Part shown: one piece after another, positions 24,850 to 37,300 of the stretch
Layout of the letters: every line of letters starts with the position of its first letter
Numbering within the stretch: the first letter of the stretch is position 1
NCBI GenBank assembly: GCA_047495785.1
Contig: JBLDXI010000017.1
Span: forward strand, 620,001 to 684,000
DNA: 64,000 nucleotides
Direction: 5' to 3'
Source of the DNA: Lepidodermella squamata
Taxonomy: Eukaryota; Animalia; Gastrotricha
Notes under the pieces: model-generated
Seen by the model: the letters and a program-made list of their open reading frames with translations, nothing else
Databases searched by the model: none
What the model was told of the DNA's origin: nothing
Translations under genes and position numbers: made by a program

Positions 24850-25663
24850 TTAATTGAATTGAACACGTGATAAGTACTGCAATCCGTAGTTGTGGCATTC
24901 TTTCTTGCAGATGGGGTATTTTGCAAAGGCGTTTGTACCATTGCGGCATGATCCGGTGTATCGAAACGGCTTGCAAACTTTCGACTTGATGTTGTAGTAG
25001 TAGCCTTCCTGCAAGCCGGTATTTTCACCGATACCGCAGTTGGCCTCAACATCCAACGGCTGATTGCAAGCAGGCTTAATCCCTTCATAAAATAACAGTC
25101 AAAATTAAAATAAAAAAATCTGTTCGTGACACAAAAATTGAAATTTCGATTTTTTACGCACTATTTCAATTATATTATGAAAAAGCTATATTTTCAGTTG
25201 AATAAAAGCTAAGCTTCATCGAAAATGACTCGAATGTTTTGAATTCTATGACTTAATAGGGGCAATTAAGAGTTAAGAATTTCTTATTACCTTTTCGATT
25301 GATCATTGTCTCCACCTTAATTAAATCTCCTCGCTCGCATTTTTGTTTGCACTCTGCCAAATTTGGGAACCCGAATCCGCCTACTCCGCAGCCTGGGTAA
25401 GTTGTTTGAACGCAAGACCCTGATACGGGGTCGAAGTAGATGTCAGGACGCGGTTGTCCCGTGGTGCAGGTCGTGGCTTGTCGGTAGGACGTTGGCGGAT
25501 CGTAGGCACATCGATAGTCGTAACCTGAACGAGAAGAGGAATTCGGCTTGTTGGTATAGATAATTATTTTCAATACAAGGATTCGGCACTTACCGTTATC
25601 TGATTGCGAGATGGAGTTGCCGATTATTAAAGAAAATAAAAAAACAGCCGGGATGAGTGCCAT
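24850..25663 (-). CDS. Secreted double Kunitz/BPTI-like protein, copy 2; 3 exons
   Basis: Signal MALIPAVFLFSLIIGNSIS. Same two 6-Cys domains and the same intron positions as copy 1. Confidence 0.85.
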
Positions 25664-25920
25664 TTTATTGTTGAAAATGAGAGAAAAATTGAAAATGGTG
25701 GCTTTGCGCTTATTTTACCTGTCGTCTTCGTTTATTACAGCTTTTTATAGGAATTATTCAAGGTGAGTTAACCGGACCTTGGTAATGTGTTAAAATACGG
25801 AATAATGATCAAAGCGGAATAATTCGCACATTTTCTTTGATGAATATATAAAACAATGGTGGAAAAATGAACCTAATGAAGCCAAGAAAACCTCATAAAT
25901 ATTTGCATATATCTGGGGAA

Positions 25921-25985
25921 GCTCGGTGGCTCAGTTGGGTCGCTGAGCTACTGCGTATCTGAGGGGAAATCGAGTTCAGAACCTT
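25921..25985 (+). repeat. Degenerate tRNA-derived relic
   Basis: A-box-like TGGCTCAGTTGG followed by B-box-like GAGTTCAGAACC. Stems do not pair well. Confidence 0.3.
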
Positions 25986-26572
25986 TTAGAAACCACCCAG
26001 AAGTCGATCTCTCGAGGCTTGGAAACCATTTTACGCGTTGGCAAGTTGGTAAGAAGGGCGAAGGAAGTGATGCTAAAATGTCCCCGATTAGGACAAACGC
26101 AATTTCATATCGATTTCTCTCAAAATTGATTTTTTTTCAGCCAGGATCTTTATCCACCAGGCGATTCGATAAGTCTTGGCTAGTAATTTTACTTTTAACC
26201 CTCGTTTACCTGTCCATCTGGTTGAGAAGGTAAGTCGAGGTGACCTCGTTTCAGACAAATCGATTTTTGCCTGAGTTCCGTATCTTTAATTTTCAATTTA
26301 TTGATATTATCGGATAGCCCGTGATCAAGCGAAAGAACAAGCAAATTTTTGTCTCATATCATTGAGATTTTTTATAAGTAAAAAACCACCTTAAAACTGA
26401 CACGTGATAAGAAAAAATATAATTACAAAAGCGAGAGGTTGTGCGAGATAGCGGAAAGTAAAGGAGTTGTAGATGGCATCAGTGCCGGTGCCGGTACGGT
26501 GATTGTGTGATCGTAACGTTGATGAGGGCGAGAAAACTGAGCCGTCGAGGTCTTCGAAGTTGATGTTGAAAC

Positions 26573-28702
26573 TCAGTGGCCGCCGCTTTTTTTCTCGCCT
26601 CGCCGGACCTTCGCCACCGCCGATTCGACGAATGATGTCACACAAAGCAATGTCGAGTCTTCGGCGCAATACGTCATGGTTATACTTGTGAGCGCCTCCA
26701 TCGAGGCGTCACACGTCAGAAGGTGTTGCGCATCTGCCATGCTAAAAACAGACGAAAAAAATTAATTTCATTTTTTTTTAAATATGACCCAAATAATAAT
26801 GTTTTCAATCGCCAAAAATAAGGAAAAATTCGTTAAATCAACAAAATTTGCAATTAGTAAATCGATAATCACCTAACACACTTTCATCTCAAATTTCATC
26901 CATTTCTGAATTTTTACATAATTTTGAAAAAATTATGGGGAAAAAAAGAAAAAAGCAAAAAATCACATACTTGTTGCCGACTAATTTTGCGAGGACTTCG
27001 AACGCGAAGCCGGTTGCTTCTTTCTTCTTATTGTCGGCGATCAGTAACAGTTCGACCCGAGACAAGTGCGCGACACCCAGGGTCACGCTGTCATCGTTGT
27101 TTACCGATAAGCACCGCAGCGTGTCGTCGTCCAGTAGACGAGCGTCGGGCGCGCCGGCCTTGGCCTGTTTGCTAGCGGCGGCTTTAACGCGCAGCATCAA
27201 CAGCTTCTTGAGACGGGCGCGGACGTGCGGTGCGACTTTGTCGAGTTGAAGGCGCTGTATGACGTCCTTCGCCACGGCGACACGCAGACTTTTGAGAGCT
27301 GGCTGTAACAGGACATTTTTTAAAGAGCTGAAAAAAAAAATTAAATTTTTACATTTTTAGAAATTAATCAGGGTAATTCCCATGATTTCAAAACCGCGTT
27401 ATTGAAATTCTAAAAAATGCTTAATTGACGATTATCGGGCCGAAACTTTGCATGCATACTGGGACTATCGAGATGTATCTTCAGTAAAAAAATTCATCCC
27501 GGGAATCTTATAGGTAACGAGAACAAGCCCCTTGACTACCGTTGCTATGATTTGGCGTGCGTTTTTGTTTTGAATTTTGTTGCCGCACCATTGTGTCGCA
27601 TTGAAAAGTCAGAAGAACTAAATTGCCTTAATTTTTGATGCTCTATTTAGGGCGGTTTTTAAAACATTGGTTTAGTCATCGGTCAAATTGACATGCGGAA
27701 TTACCCACTTTGCCCATTTCGATGAAAAATAAAAAAAAAGGAAAAATAAACTCACTCTTCCTTACTGGCAGCCAATCGACGGCATATTTCGAAGAACAGA
27801 TCAGAAGGCGATCGCCGTGGTAGGACGTCAAAACAGCGAATGCGCAGAACAGCGAAACCGACATAACAGCGAAAGCGACGAAACAGCGAAAAATCCTCCC
27901 CAAAATGCTGTGTAATGTCCTATATTAAAATCGCTGTTATGTCGCAAATTAGATTTTTCGCTGTTTTGTCGTGTTCGCTGTTTCGGGTATTCGCTGTTAT
28001 GGCGGTCTGCCATCGCCGTAACCCTTTCGCTAAATCGTCGATGCTCGAAGCTGTGACAGAAAGTAAAAACAATCAATATCTGACAATTAGAAAAATCAGA
28101 AATGTTTCAAAAAAATCAGAAAACAAATAAAAACTTGCTCACCGGAGATGAAATAGCCGTCGAGCTGAATGCTATCTGAGCCATGGCAATGGGCGTGACG
28201 ACCGGGTGCCTTCGTCTCGACTACGTCCAGCCAGTCGCGAGGCTGCGTTTCATTAGAAGAAGACGGTGAAGGGCAGGAAGGCGACGACGAACGGCTAATA
28301 GCCGCATTTGAGGAGGAGGTCGATGGTGACCGCGAGTGAGGCGACTGAGAGCGGCGCGACTTGAAATGGGACGACTGACGCGCAGCATCAGATCGAGCGC
28401 GTTTCCGACCGCGTCCGAGTGCCTGGTCATCAGAGCTACTGTCACTGGGAGCAACCTAGAAAGAATAGGTAAATTCATAATTGAGAGAGAACAAAAAATC
28501 AAATAAACATGTTCACCTGAGAAAATGTTCCGCGGAGCTCCTCAGGGCGGGGCGGCTCGGGCAGATCGAGGTTAAACTCGTTCGCTCCGAACGAACCGCG
28601 TTCGACGAAGCCAAAGCGGTACTTCTCGCCGCGTTCAATTCTCACGTGAAATTGGGCGCCAACAGAGCGCGTTTTCGTAGATGAGTTAAAAGCCTGAGGC
28701 AT
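26573..28702 (-). pseudogene. Five-exon gene of unknown function, disrupted in exon 3 by a MITE
   Basis: Exons join in frame with canonical GT-AG sites from ATG 28702 (MPQAFNSS...) through a Ser/Arg-rich exon to ...EKKSGGH* at 26573, once the 27819-28011 insert and one TSD copy are removed. The insert introduces an in-frame TAG. Confidence 0.65.
27819..28011. mobile_element. 193-bp palindromic minisatellite MITE (family A), 8-bp TSD ATCGCCGT
   Basis: ATCGCCGT occurs at 27811-27818 and 28012-28019. Ends GGTAGGACG.../...GGTCTGCC. Arms are built from AACAGCGAA / TTCGCTGTT units. Confidence 0.85.
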
Positions 28703-29200
28703 TTTGTGACTTGGAAAGCGAATTTAAAGGAAGAATAAATTTCCCTGTGTTTTAAACACCATGACTTCAAAGCGCGGCCGCCTCACACACGCGCGTGGTG
28801 TGTGCAGGTGTCGAGGTATAAGAACCCCAGCGTTGCGCTTGGCAGCCGATTTCAGCATCGCACCTGTTATAGACCTCTTGACGAGTTGCTATTTCCGCAT
28901 CCCTCGCGCTCCCTTTCGCCTCGAAAATTGAGTGACCCATACCTCCAGGTACCTGGTACAAGGTAGCATAAAAATAAAAAATTAAAGCTGATGGGGCTCC
29001 AGTGTTGACCAGCAAGAAAAATGATAAGGCAATTACGCGAAAGTGGAGTAACATTTGGTGATTTATTTTAATTTTAGGCCGAAATATAGCTTATACATCA
29101 AGATCAACTTTTCTTAATCACGGTCAAACTCGTTTCATAATAGAAATTTCCTAATATGAAAAAAGTTAAAAAATTCTGCAATTTGTGAAGTTCAAATATT

Positions 29201-30161
29201 TCAGTTTTCCTCTTCACTATAATTATTATTATAATTATTATTATTATCAACATCTTCATGAGCTCGCCCATCATAGTCTGATTCGACATGTGTCAAGTAC
29301 TGCAATCCGTAGTTGTGGCATCGTCTCCGGCATATCAAATAGCTCGCGAAAGCATTCGAATCGCTACGGCACGTTCCCGAATAGCGAAACGGCTTGCAAA
29401 CTTTCGACTTGATATTGTAGTAGTAGCCTTCTTTCACGCCTGGATTCCGGCCGATTCCGCAATTACCCTCAGCATTCACAGGCTGGTTACATTCAGGCTT
29501 GATACCTTGAGAAAATTGGCAAAACTCCCAATTAAAATACTTGAAAAATTAAATAAATAAATAAATTATTTTGAAATAAATTAAAATTTAATTAATTAAT
29601 TATTAATTAGTTTAAAAGTGAGTGAGATTTCGTTTTCACGTATTTGCCCATGCATAGCAAGTTAAAGAGCTAACTCCAGTGATTAGAATAGCATAACTCT
29701 AGAAATACGTGAATATGATGTCCTAATCTTCATAGGATAAAGAACTTAGACAAAAGCATGCTTTGTGGCGCAATATTACTTTTACCTTTTCGATTGATCA
29801 TTGTCTCCACCTTAATCACATCGCCTCGTTCGCATTTTTGTTGGCATTCGGCCAAATTCGGGAACCCGAATCCGCCAGTTCCGCAGCCCGGGTAGGTTTT
29901 ACGGACGCAAGACCCTGATTCAGGGTCAAAGTAAATGTCAGGCCGCGGCTGTCCAGAGGCGCAGGTCGTGGCTTGTCGATATGACGGTGGCGGATCGTAG
30001 GCACATCGATAGTCGTAACCTAAATGCAGACAAAAATGAAGACATCGAATCGAAAAATCACTGGGCATATTTATGAGCATACCGTTGGTTGACTGCGAGA
30101 AGGAATTGCCAAAGAACGAAGAGAGCGAGAATAAAATTAGGCCTGACACTGGGGTCGACAT
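29201..30161 (-). CDS. Secreted double Kunitz/BPTI-like protein, copy 3, with acidic Asn-rich tail
   Basis: Signal MSTPVSGLILFSLSSFFGNSFS; same two domains; C-terminus ESDYDGRAHEDVDNNNNYNNNYSEEEN. Confidence 0.82.
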
Positions 30162-30836
30162 CTCGTTCGCCAAAAAATAGTTAAAACTACTCACAAATAT
30201 TCACTAAAAATAATTTCAAATGGCGATGTTTTACTTTCAGCATCTGAATTATTATGCCGCTTGAACGAGCATTTTTAAGGTGAATCGGCTATAATTTTTC
30301 GTTTAGAATGGGACATGAAAGGGAAAAATTAAATCCCCAAGCGGAATAATTTGACTACAGAAAGTAGCTTTTTTGATAAGTATAGTCCACAAATAATGAA
30401 GCAAAAATAAGAAAGATTAAATGACCGTTGACCGTTCATTATGCCTCTGATACCCCGTTTCTTGCGGTCAAAGGTGTCTTTTCAGTGTCCTGAAAGGAAA
30501 GCCACATGTTTACCGCAGACAACGACGTAATAATGGTTCGAAAAAGTTAGAAAAATTATAACATCGCATCCTAAATTATCTGTATTTCTTTGATAACCCT
30601 TGATTTTATTAGAATTTATTTCGAACATTTTATGAACTGTCACAGATTATATAGTGGGCCGCAGGAGCGAACGTTTTTTATTCATTTTCCGGTTAAAACG
30701 GGTTTATGAATTTGTTCATTTTTGACATTTGCTGCATTTTTTCGTATTTTCAAGGTTCATAATATTTTAACTTAAATTGATGGAGAATTTATGATAAGAA
30801 ACTTGAAGTATTGCGCATTCAATTTTTTATTAAACT

Positions 30837-31711
30837 TTATTTTTCAACGACTATAATCGACGACCGCGGTACAGGACTCGCTCCGCATGGCGAACTCGCT
30901 AGCATGCGCCAATTTTTATGCTGCCGACCCGGCGTGCCGACACTTTCATTACTGTCCGGGCTACTCTCCTGCTGTTCGATCGTCATCTGAAACCGCTCCC
31001 CATCACCACCATCACCATCACCCATCGATATTTCAATAACAGGCTCGAGTTTTGTTGACTTCACGCTCGACGCCCTATGATGATTCATCAACGCTGCTTC
31101 AAGATCAGCATTAGGTATGGATAAATCGAGCAGAGGTATCGGTGTCTTCCTGCAGACTATCGATGTTAGCAGGCAGCAAGAATTAAGACAGTCCAACTCC
31201 TGCATAACCGGCTCTTCATCCGCGCAAATGCTCGCCGGCGTCTTTTGGTCTAAGGTATGCATGTAATCGCGCCGTTTATGCGTCGAACAGCACAGCATGA
31301 ATCGATACGTGAAAATGAACGGGAATAAAATGACATCCAACGGCATGGTTATTACAGCCAGATACCGGCGGCCTTTTATTTGCTGGCGGACGCATTGAAG
31401 AATTAGGGCAATTATGACGGATAGAAAAATGACGGACGAAATGGCGAGTGTGACCTCTATGTTGACCGGGGCAATTAGTGGCGGCTTGATAGTCGCGCCT
31501 TTATTTGCCATTATTGTTCTAAGGGCTGTCGCGAGTTTTTCACTCGTATTCGCCGATAAATACGCCCCGCTGAAGGCTAAATTTGACGCATTTAGATGGC
31601 CAGAAGCTGAGCGAATACCTGAGAGAAAACGAAAGCTATTAATATATATTAATTAGGGAATAAATTACCGAAAATCACGATTGATGAAATTATTATCAGG
31701 AGTGAGATCAT
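30837..31711 (-). CDS. Uncharacterised signal-peptide membrane protein, paralogue 1; 2 exons
   Basis: Exon 1 MISLLIIISSIVIF(G)|GT; transmembrane segment LAISSVIFLSVIIALIL; second hydrophobic segment AVITMPLDVILFPFIFTYRF. Confidence 0.7.
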
Positions 31712-32087
31712 TGTTTAATAAAGAATTGTAACTATATTGAACAATGAAAAATGTGATAAAAGCGTGCCCTGTTTTTTTGCCGGTATTTTGTATTCCCTTG
31801 AGTAACCAGCAACAAGTAGATGTGACCTCAATTACATTATCAGTAATTTGTTTTCATTATTATTGAATAATGGGACCGTGAATTGTGTTATATTGCCAAT
31901 TGATATAATAATTTGGGCGTTTTTTCTGGATGGAAAGGTCACACCATTATGTAATGCTGAATGTCTGTGGTTCGCTGCTTTTATAAAAGTATAAAAAATC
32001 GGATGAAAAATTGCCATCAGCCATGTTAACAAATATATTATTTTACATAATATCTTTTAGCGGAGCTAAAATTCACGTGTGTCCAAT

Positions 32088-32380
32088 AAGTAACTCAAGC
32101 AAAGAAAATACACGGAGCAGGGTTCAGAAACTCTGAAATGCGAGACGAAGTCTCATCTCATGGCCGGAACATTTTTAGAAAAATTCCAAAAATCACGAGA
32201 ATAGATATCAAGTGTGCAACTTTTGAGCAAGTTCAGAGAAATTCGGTCCAACCGGGTAAAATACCGAAAATTACCGAGCCAGTTACCATCGGGGTTTTCC
32301 GGGTTTTCTCGGGCGAATTTTTTATTTTTCAGGTAAATCGAGGATAAAAGATGGAATGTTCTCGTGGTAGGTTTAATTTA
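32088..32380 (+). repeat. Dispersed repeat, copy 2 (see 20403-20648)
   Basis: Shared colinear sequence blocks with the Ly6 copy 5 intron. Confidence 0.75.
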
Positions 32381-32893
32381 ATAAAAAAATAAAAAAAAAT
32401 ATTGTTATCTTCTGGGACAAGTTGTAACGTTCAACTCCAACTCAAAAATTGCGCTAATTTTCAAACGTTTTTTTCGTATAAATATGGCGAAAAAAACAGT
32501 CCGAGGCAAACTCAATTGTCGGCAAATCGCGAATTTACAAAATATTCATGTGATATTTGTTGTCAAAAATTGAAGACTCTATTATAATCTAAAGCGAATG
32601 ATCAGGACAAGGAAGAATTTTTGAGGACACTAGACATTAGTACAGTCATATCCGTCACTCATTCTGTAATCCTACTTATTATATTGGGACCAGCCGAAAT
32701 TTTGGGTTGTTCAAAATATCAAGGGTGTCTACAATTCATCGATTTCTTGTCTCAGCCACAAGTCTCAGCATAAAAAAAATACAAATTTCATAATTTTATT
32801 TTCCCTCTTATAATTAAAAGCTGGGACAATGCGCTAATAAAATACAAAAAATAATAATAATATCCATTGTAATAAAAATCGATATTATAATAA

Positions 32894-33912
32894 TCATGTG
32901 TGGTGACTTCGGATTGTCCCTGTGGCCGCTCTTTTCGGTGAATTCGCAGCTGATGACGACGTAAATTCATGCAATCGATCGTAATTGCCTTGATATCCAA
33001 TCTGCGATGCCGAAGAATGCCTACGCTCGCCAGCGTTAATCCGCGAATTTCGAACTGTTTCATAGTCGGAAAACGCCATCGACCTAACGTCCAGCAAATA
33101 CCGAGTATCAGCATTTGTGTCCACCTTAACGTTTGAAGGAGCAAATTTGTTCAGGACTAACGAAGTTAATACACAGTAGGCATCAGGCTGAGACCACTGA
33201 TTAGCCTCGTCACACTTCGATGAATCCTCCGATTTTTGCCGCAATTTCGAAGAAATGAAGGTTGATAGTCGATAAATTGCGACGAATGGGAACATGACCA
33301 AGTCAACCGGAACAGTGAGAATTGCGATCAGGCTTTTTCCGGGTAATTTATGCCGGCTACAATAAACGACACTGCCGAAGAGAATCGCGCTGAATAAAAA
33401 TAGGCCAATGATAATAATCGACGTGTAATTAGGCGGTGGAGCTGGCGTGACTGTTTTAACGACATAAACTGCTGATAATTTTTTCGTGCTCGAAACCTGC
33501 TCAGGTGTCGGCGCTACTGTTGCTACTTTGTCGTGAACATCAGTTCGATACGCAATTTTCGTACTGAATTTACTGCGAAGAACAGGCCGGGTGGCTAAAA
33601 TGAGACTGGCTTGTTTAACTGTGGTCACGGTTGACTGCGTGGTTTGAATAGATAGTAAATTCGGCCGTGACCTCGTTCGAAGAGCCAAGTTTAAGGTGGA
33701 TGAGGTCAAGCGTAACGATCGCATTTGTTCTGAAGTTGCGTTTTTCGAGCCTAATAACAAGTTATTCGACGCATTTTGAGCAGGAAAAACATCTAAAACA
33801 TTCGAAATATTTTAAATAAAATTCTGAATTTTTCAAATTTACCTTCGCCATAAATTGCGAGATGAAAATTAAGTAATACGAAAATTGACAATAGCCCAGT
33901 AATTTTAGGCAT
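32894..33912 (-). CDS. Uncharacterised signal-peptide membrane protein with Ser/Thr-rich ectodomain, paralogue 2; 2 exons
   Basis: Exon 1 MPKITGLLSIFVLLNFHLAIYGE|GT; transmembrane segment IIIIGLFLFSAILFGSVVY; AILTVPVDLVMFPFVAIYRL; YCVLTSLV matches CCLLTSIV of paralogue 1. Confidence 0.72.
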
Positions 33913-34322
33913 ATTTTTAAACTGGCAGCCAGAGCTTAGGACTGATAAAATTGCTGTATGACATGAATTCGTTAGTAATTAGGTTATATTTAAGGACGTT
34001 GCTTTGATGAAAAATAACATTGATAATATGATCTGAAGTCTCAGGGGCCCGTTTCGTAAATTTAATCAGTAATGATGCGTGTTAAAAAACACGAGACTAT
34101 AAATTGACCCGTAAATTTGAGGACAAGGCCCAAATAGCGAGGCATCCCAATTTCGTTCAAGCAAAAATGATGCAATTAAAAAACTTCCAGTCCTCAGTAC
34201 TTCAGCTTTTTCTGCTCTAAATAAATAGAACGAGAAATACTATAATGAACGTCTTTTATTTTGTATAATAAGGCGCAAAAATTGTTTATAATTCGGATAA
34301 TAAAAAAAAACGGAATAATTTT

Positions 34323-37300
34323 CTAACGACTCCCTAGTTCGATATTTTGGCTCTCTTGCTGCGGACGGAGATGAGCGGATGCATCGGGTGTTGAATCATT
34401 CGAACCGCCGCCGGGTGAAGCTGTTCGTTTTTTACCGCGGCAAAGTCCCAGCTGAATCATCGGCTGGCCAGGTGCGAATTTCGCGACAACGTCGTCCATA
34501 GAAATGCCGCTGGTTTCGGGTAGGAAGAAGAAGAAGAATATATATTCGCCGAATGACCATATTGCGAAGGGCAGAAAGGCGTAAGCGTCCATGTTATGCA
34601 TCATGTGAGGAAAGGCCAGGCCAACAGCCAAATTTGTCGCCCAATTTACGAGTAAGCAGGCGCTTAGGGCGAGTGGTCTCGAATTTTGTGCGAACATTTC
34701 AGCAGTCATGAACCATGGAATAGGACCTTGAGAAAATTAAAAAAAAATTCAGATTAAGGTGGAATTTTTACAATTTTTTCCTTATTTTTCTGACTTACCG
34801 GCTCCGATGGAAAAGAAGCTGAAGTAAATCGAGAACCCGGCTATACTTGCGTTGTATTGCTGAATAAAATCAATAAAATATCGATGAAAATATTATTATT
34901 GATTCCGTCTGGCTTTTTTTTGAATTTACATTATAAACGAGGACGATGGTGAGAAAAATGTGGGACAGCCCCATTCCAGCCAAACTGATCAGCATCAATA
35001 TCCGCCGGCCGACCCGATCGACGATCGTACAACTGATTAAAGTTGCGATAACTTGAATAATTGAAATTCCGAAATTCGCTATTTTCGCTGTATCAGCATC
35101 AATCCTGAAAAAAATTAGGAATTTTTGAAATTTTTTGAAATTATGAAATTTTTGAAATTTTGAAATTATTCGAATTTCCAAATTTCTTTATTTTTATTTA
35201 TTCAAATTTTTCAATTTTTCAAATTTTTTCAAATTTCAAAAAAATCTGAATTTCAAAATATGTTCCAGAATATTTTCAAGATCAACAATTTGTTCACTCA
35301 CCCTGCTTTTCCCATGACCTCACTTGCGTAATACATGACAGCTCCAATGCCAGTCAACTGCTGGCTGAAATGCAAGTTAATACTCAAAATCAGCGGCCAC
35401 CATAGCTGCTTTGATCGAAAAACATCAGCAATAGAAACGGTTTTAATCGCAGCTTCAATTTCAGAAATTTCCTTCGTTTCATCAAATTCCGCCTTGATGA
35501 CCGCATCAGGCGCGCCTCGCCTCAATTTTTTCAAAATCTCCATCGCCTCATCGCCTCGTTTTTTGTCGATAAGCCACCGCGGGCTTTCAGCCGCGAAAAT
35601 GAGTAGAAATCCGTGAATTATCGTGCATATTGTTGTTATCATGAATAAAACATGCCACAGGTCTTCGGTGCCTAATAACTGGCTCAACCCGACCAGGTTT
35701 GAGAAGACAACCCCGGTTACTAGGGTCAATTCATTGCAACTGCCACAAGCGCCTCGCAGCTTCATCGGGGCGAGTTCGACGAGTAGAGCCGGTACAATGA
35801 CCATGACGATACCGGCGTGAAAGCCGACAACAACGCGGCCGACATAAAGTGGGACATAGCTGTTGGTGTAGGGTGAGATGAAACTGATCAGACCGCCGAT
35901 TGCGCCGATTCCAGATACGTATAGGACTGACCTCTTTCTATAAAGAAAAATAGCGGAACACAGAGTTGACAATGATTTGATTATGCTACAAAATTGGGAA
36001 ATTACGAAACACAAGATCAAACAATTAGGTCACACTGAGGTGAATCTCAATATAAGGCCTGCGAATTCATCCATTAAACATATCGAAAACAACTGCTCCT
36101 ATCTTAAACCATCTAAACAATTTTTCACAATTTTTTAAAAATTATTGAGGTAGGTATCCTAAGTGCTTCCTTCGAATTTGCTTATTTTTTCTAGATTTTT
36201 CTTAATTTTTCCTAATTTTTAGAAATTTAGCGAAAATAACAAATTTGAAAATGCAAGTTGCTCTGGCCTTTTTCGTTCTGGCGGTCTCCCTTGGCCTCGC
36301 CACGTCTTTCAACTTGGGCTCAATGCTTGGCGGCCTCGGCGGTCTAGGAAGCAGTGGCTACGGCAGTGGCTATGGCGGTAACTACGGCGGCGGTTACGGT
36401 AGCGGCCTTGGAAACATGGGCTACGGAGGTTACGGCGATAGCGGCTATGGCGGTTACGGTAGCAACTACGGCGGTGGCTACGGCGGCGGCTACGGAAGCG
36501 GACTCAGTGGCATGAGCGGCCTTGGAGGTCTCGGCAATATGGGCGGTATGAGCGGCCTAGGTGGTCTTGGCAATTTGGGCGGCATGGGTGGCTACGGAGG
36601 TCAAATGTGGCGCCGCGGTCTTTCATTCGAAAATGACGAAGAAATGGTGTAATATTGCCATTATTAATACTCTTAACCTATTATCGATTTTTTAATAATA
36701 AAACAAAAGTGCGCAATTTCTTTTCTACTAATTAATTGAGGAGTTGATAATTATGGTTTTAGCATACTTGTCCTTGTAGTCGTTGGATAGAGAATTTTCG
36801 GAATAGTACCTTGGCCGAAAAACCGACAAGAAATTTGAAACTTGGCCTTTGACAAAGCAACGCGGAGTATTTGCGCCTGTACAGGGTAAAAGGCGCATAT
36901 GCAAATGAGCGTTCAAAATTACGCGCTAATTATACCCCCCAAACGCATTTTAAATTGCTAAAAATCAGGTAAAAATAAAAACATTATAAAAATTCACAGG
37001 AAAATCAGGAACTATTTTTCTCGCCCTAAGTTTAAATTTCAGAATTTTTTCCAACCAAAACTGATTTTTGGCTTTAGAAGACGTGGTTTTGTCCAAAAGT
37101 ACGCTTATCAGGTTATTCAATAAATTTAACCGCAAATTGATCGTTCCCGAACCTTCCAAAGCGGTCAGCCATTGCATCTGGGAACCATATTGAGCCAACA
37201 AAGCCGCCGATAATGAACAGCGAAACAACTAGCGACCATTGCGTGTTCATTTCGTCCTTACTCAGCGGCCAATTGTGCTGTGCAACGAACGATTCATTGA

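Noticed and set aside
26391-26669. ORF-track 92-aa protein as the last exon of the orphan gene
   Set aside because: The splice phase from the upstream donor (AA|GTATGT) selects a different frame, which ends at 26573.
27819-28011. CRISPR-like array, or protein-coding ORFs (MADRHNSE..., also MADRHYSK... at 18477)
   Set aside because: These are short inverted minisatellite arms of a MITE with a TSD, with no unique spacers and in a eukaryotic context. The ORFs are incidental.
11838-30161. Venom or toxin gene cluster (three-finger plus Kunitz folds)
   Set aside because: All three-finger genes retain hydrophobic GPI-type tails, so they are probably cell-surface proteins. Nothing in the sequence indicates venom-gland expression.
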